64,000 bases of DNA from an uncultured Bacillaceae bacterium (GTDB lineage Bacteria; Bacillota; Bacilli; Bacillales; Caldibacillaceae): positions 27,905-91,904 of the forward strand of contig CALGYZ010000023.1 of assembly GCA_937934645.1 (NCBI GenBank), in the 5' to 3' direction. The translations under genes were made by a program, and so were the position numbers. The notes beneath the pieces are model-generated. The model had not been told where the DNA came from and made no database searches. It saw only the letters and a program-made list of their open reading frames with translations. This document shows, piece after piece, positions 49,958 through 61,016 of this stretch. Numbering within the stretch: the first letter of the stretch is position 1; each line of letters starts with the position of its first letter.

Positions 49958-50948
49958 TTTTCTCACTTCCTTCTTTTTTCCGGGATTTCTTTTCATCCGA
50001 TTTCTTTCCGGCTGATTGTTCCGCACGTTTTGGTGTCTCTTTCAGCGGTGTTAAAGGCAAATATTTTAATGTTTGTCCATCATCGTTCATAATGTATATC
50101 CGGGCATTGGGCAAGATTACTTCCAGAGTTTCGATGATTAACCGTTCCCTCGTAACTTCCGGGCTATTTTTATACTCATTATATAAACTGTTGAAAACAG
50201 CTACATGGCCGCGCGCTTCTTCCAGCCGGGCAACCTTTTCTCCTTCCGCACGTGAAATAATTGCGGCTGCTTCCCCTTCCGCTTCATTCAATTTTTGGTT
50301 CCGGTATTTTTGGGCTTCATTTATTTTCGTGTTCATCGTTTCCCGGGCATCCGTCACATCCGTGAACGCCTTCCGTACTTCTTTGTTTGGCAGCTCCACG
50401 TCTTGCAGCTTTACAGCCAAAATGGATATACCGATATCATATTTTTCGATTAAGCTTTTCAACAGTTCCCAAACTTCGCCTTCAATATCCGCCCTTCCGG
50501 AAGTCAGCGCATTATCAATTTTGGAACTTCCGATAATACTCCGTAATGAAGCACTTGTCGCATCATATAAAATGGCTTCCGGATCATCGGCATTAAAAAG
50601 AAATTTTACCGGATCCGTTATTTTCCATTGAACGACAAGATCGGCGATTACAATATTTTCATCGCCGGTAATCATTTTCACGTCATCATGTTTTTCTTTA
50701 TCATCGTTTTTTGCACCGAGATGAAGACTATACGTTTCTTTCGATAATTTTTCCACCGTTTGTACTGGCCAAGGCAATTTAAATTTTAAACCCGGTTCGG
50801 TCACTGTTTGATCAGCTTTCCCAAATGTCAGCACAACTGCTTGTTCCGATTCATCGACGATATACCAGGAAGTCGTTGCGGCCAGTGCCAGGATTAAAAT
50901 AGCAATCACAATACTGGATGTAATTAAAATTTGCCGTATATTAATCAT
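49950..50948 (-). CDS. hflK: SPFH/Band-7 protein, HflK-like
   Basis: 332 aa. N-terminal TM SSIVIAILILALAATTSWYIV, SPFH core VDESEQAVVLTFGK...PGLKFKLPWP, coiled-coil, and a K/E-rich tail. SD AAAGGAAG 5 nt upstream. Confidence 0.8.
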   Translation of the reverse strand: MINIRQILITSSIVIAILILALAATTSWYIVDESEQAVVLTFGKADQTVTEPGLKFKLPWPVQTVEKLSKETYSLHLGAKNDDKEKHDDVKMITGDENIVIADLVVQWKITDPVKFLFNADDPEAILYDATSASLRSIIGSSKIDNALTSGRADIEGEVWELLKSLIEKYDIGISILAVKLQDVELPNKEVRKAFTDVTDARETMNTKINEAQKYRNQKLNEAEGEAAAIISRAEGEKVARLEEARGHVAVFNSLYNEYKNSPEVTRERLIIETLEVILPNARIYIMNDDGQTLKYLPLTPLKETPKRAEQSAGKKSDEKKSRKKEGSEKNE

Positions 50949-51020
50949 TTAATCTTCCTTTCTGGCAAAATTCTAAATTTTCTTATATACGAATGTATGA
51001 ATATTTCATTTCAAAATATG

Positions 51021-51062
51021 AATGATATATATAATGATATATATAATGATATATATAATGAC
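51021..51062. repeat. 12-bp tandem repeat, 3.5 copies (AATGATATATAT)
   Basis: Exact copies at 51021-51032, 51033-51044 and 51045-51056, plus partial AATGAC at 51057-51062. It lies 73-114 nt upstream of the hflK ATG. Confidence 0.95.
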
Positions 51063-51149
51063 GGTTTTAAGACAGAATATCCATGAACCAGAGAGATGTT
51101 TTAAAAAAACTTCCGCTCTCATTTCAACAAAAGTTTGTAAAATGATGAA

Positions 51150-51189
51150 CAAAAATAAAAAGGAGGATCCGAACGATGCTTGGATCCCC
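51150..51189 (-). terminator. intrinsic terminator after phoR
   Basis: Minus strand GGGGATCC-AAGCATCGTTC-GGATCCTC (one mismatch), followed by CTTTTTATTTTTG. Confidence 0.65.
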
Positions 51190-51243
51190 GGTCAGTATAT
51201 TTTTTCCTGCTTGGAGGGCTCCGGACCGTGCACCCTCGTTCCA

Positions 51244-53022
51244 TCACCTTCTGTCAGGCCGGCCGGAAAAGTTTTTCCAAAGTTTCACCGTAAATGTTGA
51301 ACCTTTTCCTTCTTTACTCTCAACCTGAATTTCTCCATCATGCGCTTCTACCGCGTGTTTGACGATCGCCAACCCCAGTCCCGTTCCGCCGGAGTCTCTG
51401 CTTCGTGCTTTATCAACCCGGTAAAACCGCTCAAATATTCTCGGGATTTCTTTTTCCTCAATTCCAATTCCTGTATCAATAACCGACACGTATACAGCAT
51501 CGCCCCGGTCAGAAATTTTAATATCGACCGTGCCCGATACGGGAGTATAAGATATGGCATTGGTAATTAAATTAATAAATATTTGTTGTATGCGTAAAAG
51601 ATCGGCTTCGATGGTCACCGGATGTTCCTCACGAATACTGAGGGAGATTTGTTTTTCTTCGGCTCTTCCTTTTAATGAATCGACAATTTCATGAATAACT
51701 TTATTCAGATTGAATTTCTCCAAACTTAATGTAAAACCGTCCTGTTCAATTTTTGAGAGCTCAAGCAAGTCATTAACAAGGGACTGAAGTCGGTTGCTTT
51801 CTTTCAAAATGATTTCCAAAAATGACTGTAATGCTTTTTTATCATTTAACGCCCCTTCCAAAAGCGTTTCGGTAAATCCTTTGATCGAAGTAATGGGTGT
51901 TTTTAATTCATGGGACACATTTGCAACAAAATCTTTTCTTATTTTTTCCAGCTTTTTCAATTCCGTTATGTCATGAAAGACAATGACAATTCCTTTCCAT
52001 TCATTGTGGGAACCGATAATCGGTGCTCCGAAGATCTCAAACGTTTTTAATTGTATATTGATGGGTACTGTAATCATTTTGCGGATTTTCTGCTCTGTCA
52101 TAAAAACTTCTTCGATTATTTCTTTCACTTCTTCATTTTCAATAACATCCCTGTAAGAATGGCCGATTATGTTATATTCTTCGACTTGAAAAACTTCTTT
52201 GTATACCTGGTTCATTAAAGTTATGTATCCTTGGTCATCAATCAAAATTAAAGGCGCCCCCATGTTTTCGATGACTGTCATGAGCCGTTCCGTTTGCATT
52301 TCCTGTTCCCTTGTCATTTGTTGCAAATTCCGGGCCAATATATTAATTGATGCGCTCAGCATCGACAGCTCATTATATTCATTTTCATATGTGCGGGCAT
52401 GGTAGTTCCCTTTCGCCAGTTCAATTGCTGTTTTAGTGGCCGATTCCAGGGGACGGGTAAATTTAGTTGTGATTTTTGTTCCGATAAAAACAATAATGAT
52501 AAATGCCGCACCAAATATTGATGTGAGAAGCATCTGCATATTTTTGTTGACTGTTTGCAGTTCTTCCACTTTATCTAATAAAATGCAAATTCCTTCATAA
52601 GTTCCATTATATGTGATCGGATGCCAGTAATAGATGAATTCGGATTCACCGTTAATATGCATGAAACCTGATTTTTCAATATTTATATTGCTGACGATTT
52701 TATCGATGATTTCCCCGTGTTTTTCATAACTAATCTGTTTATTATAGATATCATATAAAACATCGCCCTCGGGGGTAACGATCGTGACTCTGGCATTTAA
52801 CACATCTTGCAATTGATCCAATTGTTTTTCATCAAGCGTTGAAATTCCACCTTGCTCCTCGATTTGTTGAGCAAGGGTTTTTCCGCCATGTTCCAATTGT
52901 TCATGAAAAATTTGTAGATAGTGGTTCCGGAACAAGATTCCCAAAGCAAAAGCCAAACCGATGAAAACAATGATGATTAAAAGTATCAGGGGGAATAACA
53001 GTTTATAGCGGAATTTATTCAT
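51244..53022 (-). CDS. phoR: phosphate-sensing histidine kinase PhoR
   Basis: 592 aa. N-terminal TM, HAMP, PAS, H-box FVANVSHELKTPITSIKGF, and N/G boxes. Start overlaps the phoP stop by 4 nt. Confidence 0.9.
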   Translation of the reverse strand: MNKFRYKLLFPLILLIIIVFIGLAFALGILFRNHYLQIFHEQLEHGGKTLAQQIEEQGGISTLDEKQLDQLQDVLNARVTIVTPEGDVLYDIYNKQISYEKHGEIIDKIVSNINIEKSGFMHINGESEFIYYWHPITYNGTYEGICILLDKVEELQTVNKNMQMLLTSIFGAAFIIIVFIGTKITTKFTRPLESATKTAIELAKGNYHARTYENEYNELSMLSASINILARNLQQMTREQEMQTERLMTVIENMGAPLILIDDQGYITLMNQVYKEVFQVEEYNIIGHSYRDVIENEEVKEIIEEVFMTEQKIRKMITVPINIQLKTFEIFGAPIIGSHNEWKGIVIVFHDITELKKLEKIRKDFVANVSHELKTPITSIKGFTETLLEGALNDKKALQSFLEIILKESNRLQSLVNDLLELSKIEQDGFTLSLEKFNLNKVIHEIVDSLKGRAEEKQISLSIREEHPVTIEADLLRIQQIFINLITNAISYTPVSGTVDIKISDRGDAVYVSVIDTGIGIEEKEIPRIFERFYRVDKARSRDSGGTGLGLAIVKHAVEAHDGEIQVESKEGKGSTFTVKLWKNFSGRPDRR

Positions 53023-53732
53023 GTTGTCTTGGGCTCCTCCAATTTATATCCAAGACCCCTGATCGTTTTAATGTATTGCGGTTTTTTAGAATTTTTTTCA
53101 ATTTTTTCCCTCAAGTGACTGATATGTACATCAACAATCCGTGTATCACCCACAAAATCGTAGTTCCATACAGCATTTAACAATTGATCGCGGGTTAATA
53201 CACGCCCCTTATTTTTCGTTAAATAAAGCAGCAACTCAAACTCTTTCGGAGTAAATTCGAGGAGTTTGCCGTTTAAATAGACTTCATATTGCTCGGGAAG
53301 AATGACAAGATCACCGATTTCGATTCTGGATTCATCTTCTTTCTCCCGGTTATACCGGCTAAAATCCTGCGTCCTTCTTAAAATAGCCTTAACCCTTGCC
53401 ACCACTTCCCTCGGACTGAAGGGTTTTGTCATATAATCATCGGCACCGAGCTCCAAACCTAAAACTTTATCAATTTCATCATCTTTTGCTGTTAACATTA
53501 GAATAGGAGTATGAATATGCTCTTTGCGCAACTCTTTACAAACTTCCATTCCGTCCATTTTTGGCAACATTAAATCCAATACAATTAAATCCGGCTTTTC
53601 TTCTTTTGCCTTCCTGTATCCCTCTTCACCATCATATGCTGTAATGACTTCATATCCGGCTTGTGACAAATTGTATTCCAACAAGGTTACGATGGACTCT
53701 TCATCATCCACAACCAAAATTTTTTTGACCAT
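53019..53732 (-). CDS. phoP: OmpR-family response regulator PhoP
   Basis: MVKKILVVDDEESIVTLLEYNL...DLIVLDLMLPKMDG receiver domain plus winged-helix C-terminus ...IKTIRGLGYKLEEP. SD GGAGG 7 nt upstream. Confidence 0.92.
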   Translation of the reverse strand: MVKKILVVDDEESIVTLLEYNLSQAGYEVITAYDGEEGYRKAKEEKPDLIVLDLMLPKMDGMEVCKELRKEHIHTPILMLTAKDDEIDKVLGLELGADDYMTKPFSPREVVARVKAILRRTQDFSRYNREKEDESRIEIGDLVILPEQYEVYLNGKLLEFTPKEFELLLYLTKNKGRVLTRDQLLNAVWNYDFVGDTRIVDVHISHLREKIEKNSKKPQYIKTIRGLGYKLEEPKTT

Positions 53733-53845
53733 ACATAATCCTCCATATCTTGCTTGTTATCCATTGTTAACATTCCGTTAAATTGTTTGAAAATACTTAA
53801 CAACTTCATTATATCAGTTTATATTAAAGAATAAAATACACCCCT

Positions 53846-53884
53846 GAAAATAAAAAAGGGCAATCCCTCAGGATCGCCCTTTTT
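53846..53884 (-). terminator. intrinsic terminator after icd
   Basis: Stem AAGGGCAATCC/GGATCGCCCTT (one mismatch), followed on the minus strand by TTTTTTATTTTC. Confidence 0.7.
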
Positions 53885-53898
53885 AAACGAATGCCCGA

Positions 53899-55167
53899 TT
53901 ACATGTTTTCGATTAATTTTGTACCGAACTCGGAGCATTTCACTTCTGTTGCACCTTCCATCAGGCGTGCAAAGTCATAAGTTACATATTTGGATGAAAT
54001 GGTTTTCTCCATTGCTTTGATAATCAAGTCTGCTGCTTCTCTCCAGCCGATGTGTTCTAACATGAGCACACCGGACAAAATGACGGATGACGGGTTAACT
54101 TTGTCCAAGCCGGCATATTTCGGTGCTGTACCATGAGTTGCTTCGAAGATGGCATGGCCTGTCTCGTAGTTAATATTTGCTCCCGGTGCAATTCCGATTC
54201 CACCCACTTGTGCAGCAAGTGCATCAGAGATGTAGTCACCGTTTAAGTTCATTGTTGCAACAACATCAAACTCTCTCGGACGTGTCAGGATTTGTTGCAG
54301 GAAGATGTCCGCAATAACGTCTTTAACGATAATTTTACCTTGCTCTTCTGCTTCGGCTTGTGCTTTATTGGCTGCTTCGACGCCTTCAGCCTCTTTAATC
54401 CGGTCATATTCAGACCATGTAAATACTTTATCGCCGAACTCTCTTTCAGCCAACTCGTAACCCCAGTTTTTGAACGCTCCTTCAGTAAATTTCATGATGT
54501 TACCTTTGTGGACAAGGGTTACAGATTTGCGGCCTTCTCTGAGCGCATAATTGATCGCAGCCCGTACGAGTCTTTCCGTACCTTCTCTTGAAACCGGTTT
54601 GATACCGATTCCTGATGTTTCAGGGAAACGAATTTTGTTAACGCCCATCTCTTTTTCCAGGAATTCGATAACTTTCTTAACTTCCGGTGTACCTTCTTGC
54701 CATTCGATTCCGGCATAAATGTCTTCCGTGTTTTCGCGGAAGATAACCATATCGCAGTCCTGAGGACGTTTTACAGGAGAAGGTACTCCTTCAAACCAGC
54801 GGACAGGACGTAAGCACACAAACAGATCCAACTCCTGGCGAAGTGCAACGTTCAATGAACGGAAACCTCCGCCTACCGGTGTTGTCAACGGACCTTTAAT
54901 GGCAATAATATGTTCGCGGATTGTATCCAAAGTTTCTTGCGGCAACCATTCACCTGTTAATTTGTGTGCTTTTTCACCGGCATATACTTCTTTCCAAACA
55001 ATTTTTCTTTTACCGTTGTAAGCTTTTTCTACGGCTGCATCTAATACACGGGAAGCTGCTGCCCAAATATCAGGACCGGTTCCATCCCCTTCGATAAACG
55101 GAATAATCGGATTGTCAGGTACATTCAACACTCCATTTGATACGGTGATTTTTTCTCCTTTTGTCAT
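53899..55167 (-). CDS. icd: NADP-dependent isocitrate dehydrogenase
   Basis: [35 protein letters not shown]..., with SLNVALRQ and [26 protein letters not shown]. Start re-set to ATG 55167 (SD GGAGGG 7 nt upstream), giving 422 aa. Confidence 0.95.
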   Translation of the reverse strand: MTKGEKITVSNGVLNVPDNPIIPFIEGDGTGPDIWAAASRVLDAAVEKAYNGKRKIVWKEVYAGEKAHKLTGEWLPQETLDTIREHIIAIKGPLTTPVGGGFRSLNVALRQELDLFVCLRPVRWFEGVPSPVKRPQDCDMVIFRENTEDIYAGIEWQEGTPEVKKVIEFLEKEMGVNKIRFPETSGIGIKPVSREGTERLVRAAINYALREGRKSVTLVHKGNIMKFTEGAFKNWGYELAEREFGDKVFTWSEYDRIKEAEGVEAANKAQAEAEEQGKIIVKDVIADIFLQQILTRPREFDVVATMNLNGDYISDALAAQVGGIGIAPGANINYETGHAIFEATHGTAPKYAGLDKVNPSSVILSGVLMLEHIGWREAADLIIKAMEKTISSKYVTYDFARLMEGATEVKCSEFGTKLIENM

Positions 55168-55276
55168 GCATGTTCCCTCCATCTTCATTGTTAAAGGCTA
55201 GGAGGGGATCCCTCCTAACCTTTTCTGACTTGTTATCTGAAATTCTCTTTTACAGAGAATGTATAAGCTGTTTTGA

Positions 55277-56392
55277 TTAAGATCTTTCTTCGATCGGAAC
55301 ATAAGTTTGCTTTTTCGGTCCGGTATATTCTGCACGCGGACGAATCAGACGGTTATTTTCATATTGTTCCATAATGTGAGCCGTCCAGCCTGATGTACGG
55401 CTGATTGCGAAAATCGGTGTATATAAATCATGTTCAATTCCCAGGCTGTGGTATACAGAAGCAGAATAGAAGTCAACGTTTGCCGGCAGGTTTTTCTCGC
55501 TTCTTACAAGCTCTTCAATTTTCACAGACATCTCGTACCATTTCGGCTGGCCTGTTAGTTTCGTTAATTTCTCTGACATTTTCTTCAAGTGCTTGGCTCG
55601 CGGATCGCCTTTGCGGTATACCCGGTGGCCGAAGCCCATGATTTTCTCTTTATTGTCTAATTTTCTCCGGATATAGGATTCAACGTTTTCGATTGAGTCG
55701 ATTTCAAGCAGCATTTTCATAACCTGTTCGTTGGCACCGCCGTGCAACGGACCTTTCAATGCTCCGATGGCAGATGTAATTCCCGAATACATGTCGGACA
55801 GTGTTGCCACACATACACGGGATGTGAAAGTGGACGCATTTAATTCGTGGTCAGCATGCAGAATTAATGCTTTGTCAAATGCTTCCACAGCGATCTCATC
55901 CGGCTCTTCGCCTTTTAGCATATACAGGAAGTTTGCGGCAAAGCCCAGGTCTTTTCTCGGTGCTACCGGCTCCAATCCTTTGCGGATTCTTGCAAAAGCA
56001 GCAACGATTGTCGGGATTTTTGCCTGAATGCGGATTGCTTTGCGGTAGTTGGCTTCACTCGTCTGCACATCTGCTTCCTCATCAAACAATCCTAAATAAG
56101 AAACTGCTGTCCGAAGTGCCGCCATCGGATGAATATCTTTCGGAAACGTTTTGATCATGTTAATTAATTGAGACGGAATCTCTGCATTATTTGCCAGTTG
56201 GACAGTTAAATCTTCCAATTCAACTTTATTCGGTAACCGTCTGTGCCACAACAAAAAGACTACTTCTTCAAAAGTGGAGTTTTCGGCTAAATCATCAATA
56301 TCGTACCCAACATATGTCAGTTTATCATCAATAATGGAGCTGATAGAAGAATTTGCAGCAATTACCCCTTCTAAACCCTTTGTAGCAGTCAT
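55277..56392 (-). CDS. citZ: citrate synthase II
   Basis: MTATKGLEGVIAANSSIS..., with catalytic GPLHGGANE and GFGHRVY. Start re-set to ATG 56392 (SD GGGGG 8 nt upstream), giving 371 aa. Confidence 0.95.
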   Translation of the reverse strand: MTATKGLEGVIAANSSISSIIDDKLTYVGYDIDDLAENSTFEEVVFLLWHRRLPNKVELEDLTVQLANNAEIPSQLINMIKTFPKDIHPMAALRTAVSYLGLFDEEADVQTSEANYRKAIRIQAKIPTIVAAFARIRKGLEPVAPRKDLGFAANFLYMLKGEEPDEIAVEAFDKALILHADHELNASTFTSRVCVATLSDMYSGITSAIGALKGPLHGGANEQVMKMLLEIDSIENVESYIRRKLDNKEKIMGFGHRVYRKGDPRAKHLKKMSEKLTKLTGQPKWYEMSVKIEELVRSEKNLPANVDFYSASVYHSLGIEHDLYTPIFAISRTSGWTAHIMEQYENNRLIRPRAEYTGPKKQTYVPIEERS

Positions 56393-56485
56393 TGAAATTT
56401 CCCCCTTATTCATTAAATTTATATACAATTTTAAATTTTGCCAACCAAGTCATTATTCTAATATATTAATATAGGCGTTTTTAAT

Positions 56486-56507
56486 AATTGATTTTAATAA
56501 ATCAATT
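56486..56507. promoter_or_regulatory. perfect AT-rich dyad upstream of citZ (candidate operator)
   Basis: AATTGATTT-TAAT-AAATCAATT is embedded in three direct TTTTAATAA copies (56479, 56492, 56506; 13-14 bp spacing). It lies about 95-115 nt upstream of the citZ ATG. Confidence 0.35.
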
Positions 56508-57021
56508 TTAATAATATACTAACAAATCTGAGCTCTCAACACAACGAGGATCATTTTGCTTTTACAGAAAAAACTTTGCAGAATCTCCCATCCCTTTATA
56601 ACGTTCACCGGAATTTCAACTTTTTATAAAACAAATGTAATATGTTACTATCTATAATTTAATATAAATATGAAAGAATGAAAAAGAAAATGCTTACATA
56701 AATATTCTTCAGAAAATATATTTGATGTCTGAGGCATCATTGACAGTTTTTATTATAACCGAAATTATTCTTTTTGTGAATGCCATATGAACGAAATGTG
56801 AACAAAAATTTATTTTTTTGAAAAAAAGGAATTTAATATAACTAGAAAATGCAGGGAATATCTTTTTAAGTTTATTTTTTTCTGTCCCATGAATATTTTG
56901 TGAATTCTAAGACAAAGGGGAAAATCTATAAAATATTTTGTATAAATTTGCTTTTTTTACTTTCTTATTAAAAAACCAGTGTTAAAATATAGATTATAAA
57001 CTGTTGTTCGGGAGGTATACA

Positions 57022-58137
57022 TTGAAATCAGTCTATTTACAACGGATCTTCCGCTTTTTATTCGTCACCGGGGCAGTTGCTGCCGGGGCAGTTTCCCTCT
57101 ATTACCTGTCCGCTTTAACATACCCGTTTATCTTTGCTTGGGCAATCGCCTTTTTAATGAACCCCGCAGTGGACTTTTTGGAGAAAAAATGGAAGTTTCC
57201 ACGGGCACTGGCCGTTTTAATCGTGTTAATTATTATTTTCGGCATCATAATTGGGCTGGTAACTTTATTGATTGCCGAACTAATATCCATCACAGAATAT
57301 TTAGCCAAAACTTTGCCGGGACAGATCGAAAAATTTTCCATTTCCGTGGAAAATTGGATAACCGGAAGCGTATTGCCCTTTTTTAATGAATTGTCCGTTC
57401 TCTTTCAAAATTTGGATGAAAACTATCAGAAAACAATCATTTCGAATATTAACGGGCTGGCCACAAATATTGGAACATCATTGATCGATATCCTGCAAAC
57501 AATCGTGATGAACCTGCCCGGATTGTTTTCCTGGTTTCCAAGTGCAGCAACAGCTACTATATTTACCGTATTGGGCGCATTTTTCATCAGCAAGGATTGG
57601 CACCGGCTGAAAAAATTAATCACAAAACCGGTACCGGCCAATGTACGCCGAAGCAGTGCGAAAGTATATCTTGATTTAAAAAAAGCGCTATTCGGCTTCA
57701 TCCGGGCGCAATTGACGTTAATATCGATCACGGCTGTTATTGTTTTCATCGGATTGCTTATACTGCAGGTAGATTACGCTTTTGTCACTTCCCTATTTAT
57801 TGCTTTTGTCGATCTTTTACCCTATTTGGGCACGGGATTCGTATTTGTTCCCTGGATCATTTATGAATTGATTACTGCGGATTATGCGATGGCGATCGGC
57901 CTCTTGGTTTTATACATTGTCGTGATTGTCCAACGGCAGGTAATGGAGCCGAAAATTGTGTCAACAAATATCGGTATTTCACCGCTTGCAACATTAATTT
58001 CTATTTTTGCAGGGCTGAAATTACTGGGGGTAGCGGGCTTAATTATCGGACCGATTGTTGCCGTCATTATCTCCACACTAAATAAAACAGGAATCTTGCA
58101 AAGTATATGTAAATATATAAAAGGAAACGGTGCTTAG
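57022..58137 (+). CDS. ytvI: AI-2E/PerM-family integral membrane protein (YtvI-like)
   Basis: About 370 aa, 8 hydrophobic segments, with ...DLLPYLGTGFVFVPW... typical of the family. Start re-set to TTG 57022 (SD GGGAGG 6 nt upstream). Confidence 0.8.
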   Translation: MKSVYLQRIFRFLFVTGAVAAGAVSLYYLSALTYPFIFAWAIAFLMNPAVDFLEKKWKFPRALAVLIVLIIIFGIIIGLVTLLIAELISITEYLAKTLPGQIEKFSISVENWITGSVLPFFNELSVLFQNLDENYQKTIISNINGLATNIGTSLIDILQTIVMNLPGLFSWFPSAATATIFTVLGAFFISKDWHRLKKLITKPVPANVRRSSAKVYLDLKKALFGFIRAQLTLISITAVIVFIGLLILQVDYAFVTSLFIAFVDLLPYLGTGFVFVPWIIYELITADYAMAIGLLVLYIVVIVQRQVMEPKIVSTNIGISPLATLISIFAGLKLLGVAGLIIGPIVAVIISTLNKTGILQSICKYIKGNGA

Positions 58138-58193
58138 CTCCTTTTCCGGAACAGCACGGAGTACCTGAATGCCTCATAAATAAACATAACGGT

Positions 58194-58255
58194 AAAAAAG
58201 ACTATCCGGAAGGTCAGGGGTTCTATTCCCCGGCCGAATCCGAATAGTCTTTTTT
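58194..58255. terminator. bidirectional terminator between ytvI and pyk
   Basis: Stem GACTATCCGGA (58200-58210) / TCCGAATAGTC (58239-58249), one mismatch, flanked by AAAAAA and TTTTTT. Confidence 0.7.
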
Positions 58256-58257
58256 CA

Positions 58258-60018
58258 TTACAGTACGTTTTTATGTCCTTTGTATACAGTGCCTGAGCTG
58301 GCGTCTACCGTTACATCCAGGCCGTCTTCAAAAATTTCTACTGCATCCTGGACGCCGACAATGACTGGAATTCCAAGGTTTAAACCGACGACTGCGGCAT
58401 GGCTTGTTAATCCGCCTTCTTCTGTAATAATAGCCCTGCATTTTTCCAGTGCCGGCATCATATCACGGTCAGTTGAATAAGCGACAAGCACCGAGTTTTC
58501 TTCCACTTTTTCAATAGCTTCCTGACTGTTTCTTGCCACTACAATTTTTCCAAACGTATTTTTTCTTCCGATTCCTTGACCTTTAGCCAGTACACTTCCG
58601 ACAACATGGATTTTCATAATATTTGTCGTACCGGCTTCACCGACAGGAACACCTGCGGTAATAACAACGTTGTCCCCGTACTTGACAACACCGCTTTTCA
58701 AGCTTTCCTGGACGGAGTTTTCCAGCATTTCATCCGTAGTTTCCGTTCTTATACCTAACTGCGGATGGACGCCCCACACTAATAATAATTGCCTCATAAC
58801 ATGTTCATGGCTTGTTACAGCAACAATCGGTGCTTTCGGACGGTACTTGGAAACCATTCTGGCCGTATGGCCGCTTTCTGTCGGGGTAATGATGGCATCA
58901 ATGTCCAAGTTGATGACTGTATGTGCGACAGACTGGCAAATTGAATCGGTCATGTTATGCTCAATTTCTTTGCTCCGGATGGCCAAAATCCGTTCATGAT
59001 CCAAAGCAGACTCAGCCCGTAAGGCAATGCGATCCATCGTTTGCACCGCTTCAACCGGATATTTTCCGGCGGCTGTTTCTCCGGATAACATAATGGCGTC
59101 TGTACCATCAAAGATCGCATTTGCTACATCACTGGCTTCAGCCCTCGTCGGCCGCGGATTTCTTTGCATGGAATCCAGCATTTGTGTAGCCGTAATAACC
59201 GGTTTAGCTAATGTGTTACACAGTTTAATCAGGCGCTTTTGAACCAGCGGTACTTCCTCGGCCGGTATTTCTACACCAAGGTCACCGCGGGCAACCATTA
59301 AGCCGTCGCCCACTTCAAGAATATCGTGGATGTTGTCTACGCCTTCCTGATTTTCGATCTTCGGCAAAATATGTATATGGGCACCGTTATGTTTTTCCAA
59401 CAATTCACGGATATCCAATACGTCGCTCGGACGACGGACGAAAGAAGCTGCGATAAAATCTACTCCCTGCCGTATTCCGAACAGAATGTCTTTCGCATCT
59501 TTTTCGGTTATTCCCGGTAAATTTACCGGTACTCCCGGAACATTGACTCCTTTTTTATTTTTTAGAATGCCGCCGTTTAACACTTTGGTGATGATTTCCC
59601 CGCAGTCTTTTTGAATATCTGTGACTTCCAGTTCGATTAAACCGTCATCGAGCAAAATTTTCGCGCCGGTGTACACATCATCAATTAATCCGTCATAGGT
59701 TACTGATATTTTTTCCGGCGTTCCGGTCACTTCTTGCATCGAAATCGCCACAGTGCTGCCTTCAGTTAATTCAATTTCACCATTCTCCATATTATGTGTA
59801 CGAATTTCCGGACCTTTTGTATCTAACAGAATGGCAACATGTTTTCCGGTAATTTTTTCCGCTTCACGGATATTTTTGATCCGTGCCGCGTGCTCCTCGT
59901 GATCTCCGTGTGAAAAGTTCAGACGTGCCACATTCATACCGGCTTCAATCAGCTTGACAAGCATATCCACACTTTCACTGGCAGGGCCAATCGTGCAAAC
60001 GATTTTTGTTCTTCTCAT
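58258..60018 (-). CDS. pyk: pyruvate kinase with C-terminal PEP-utilizer mobile domain
   Basis: [14 protein letters not shown]..., [12 protein letters not shown], and a C-terminal ~100 aa ...[23 protein letters not shown] extension, as in Bacillus/Geobacillus Pyk. ATG 60018 has AGGAGG 9 nt upstream. Confidence 0.95.
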   Translation of the reverse strand: MRRTKIVCTIGPASESVDMLVKLIEAGMNVARLNFSHGDHEEHAARIKNIREAEKITGKHVAILLDTKGPEIRTHNMENGEIELTEGSTVAISMQEVTGTPEKISVTYDGLIDDVYTGAKILLDDGLIELEVTDIQKDCGEIITKVLNGGILKNKKGVNVPGVPVNLPGITEKDAKDILFGIRQGVDFIAASFVRRPSDVLDIRELLEKHNGAHIHILPKIENQEGVDNIHDILEVGDGLMVARGDLGVEIPAEEVPLVQKRLIKLCNTLAKPVITATQMLDSMQRNPRPTRAEASDVANAIFDGTDAIMLSGETAAGKYPVEAVQTMDRIALRAESALDHERILAIRSKEIEHNMTDSICQSVAHTVINLDIDAIITPTESGHTARMVSKYRPKAPIVAVTSHEHVMRQLLLVWGVHPQLGIRTETTDEMLENSVQESLKSGVVKYGDNVVITAGVPVGEAGTTNIMKIHVVGSVLAKGQGIGRKNTFGKIVVARNSQEAIEKVEENSVLVAYSTDRDMMPALEKCRAIITEEGGLTSHAAVVGLNLGIPVIVGVQDAVEIFEDGLDVTVDASSGTVYKGHKNVL

Positions 60019-60038
60019 TCCCAAGATCCTCCTGAATA

Positions 60039-61016
<978 letters not shown>

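Noticed and set aside
51022-51300. 92-aa ORF starting MIYIMIYIMIYIM
   Set aside because: The N-terminus is simply the 12-bp tandem repeat read in frame. The remainder runs antisense into the phoR 3' end, and there is no SD.
51176-51346. SD-like GGAGG followed 9 nt later by ATG, opening a ~56-codon plus-strand ORF
   Set aside because: The GGAGG is one arm of the phoR terminator hairpin. The ORF runs antisense through the last ~100 nt of phoR and its composition is not protein-like.
53755-53770. PhoP-box-like direct repeat TTAACA-N4/5-(A)TAACA upstream of phoP
   Set aside because: There are only two half-sites, with spacing off by one from the TT(A/T/C)ACA-N5 rule as I recall it. They lie downstream of the best -10 candidate. 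That is too little to call without a matrix scan.
55195-55225. 8-bp hairpin TAGGAGGG/CCCTCCTA between citZ and icd
   Set aside because: It has a three-nucleotide loop and no U-tract. It is probably an mRNA stabiliser or processing element within the operon, and nothing distinguishes it further from sequence alone.
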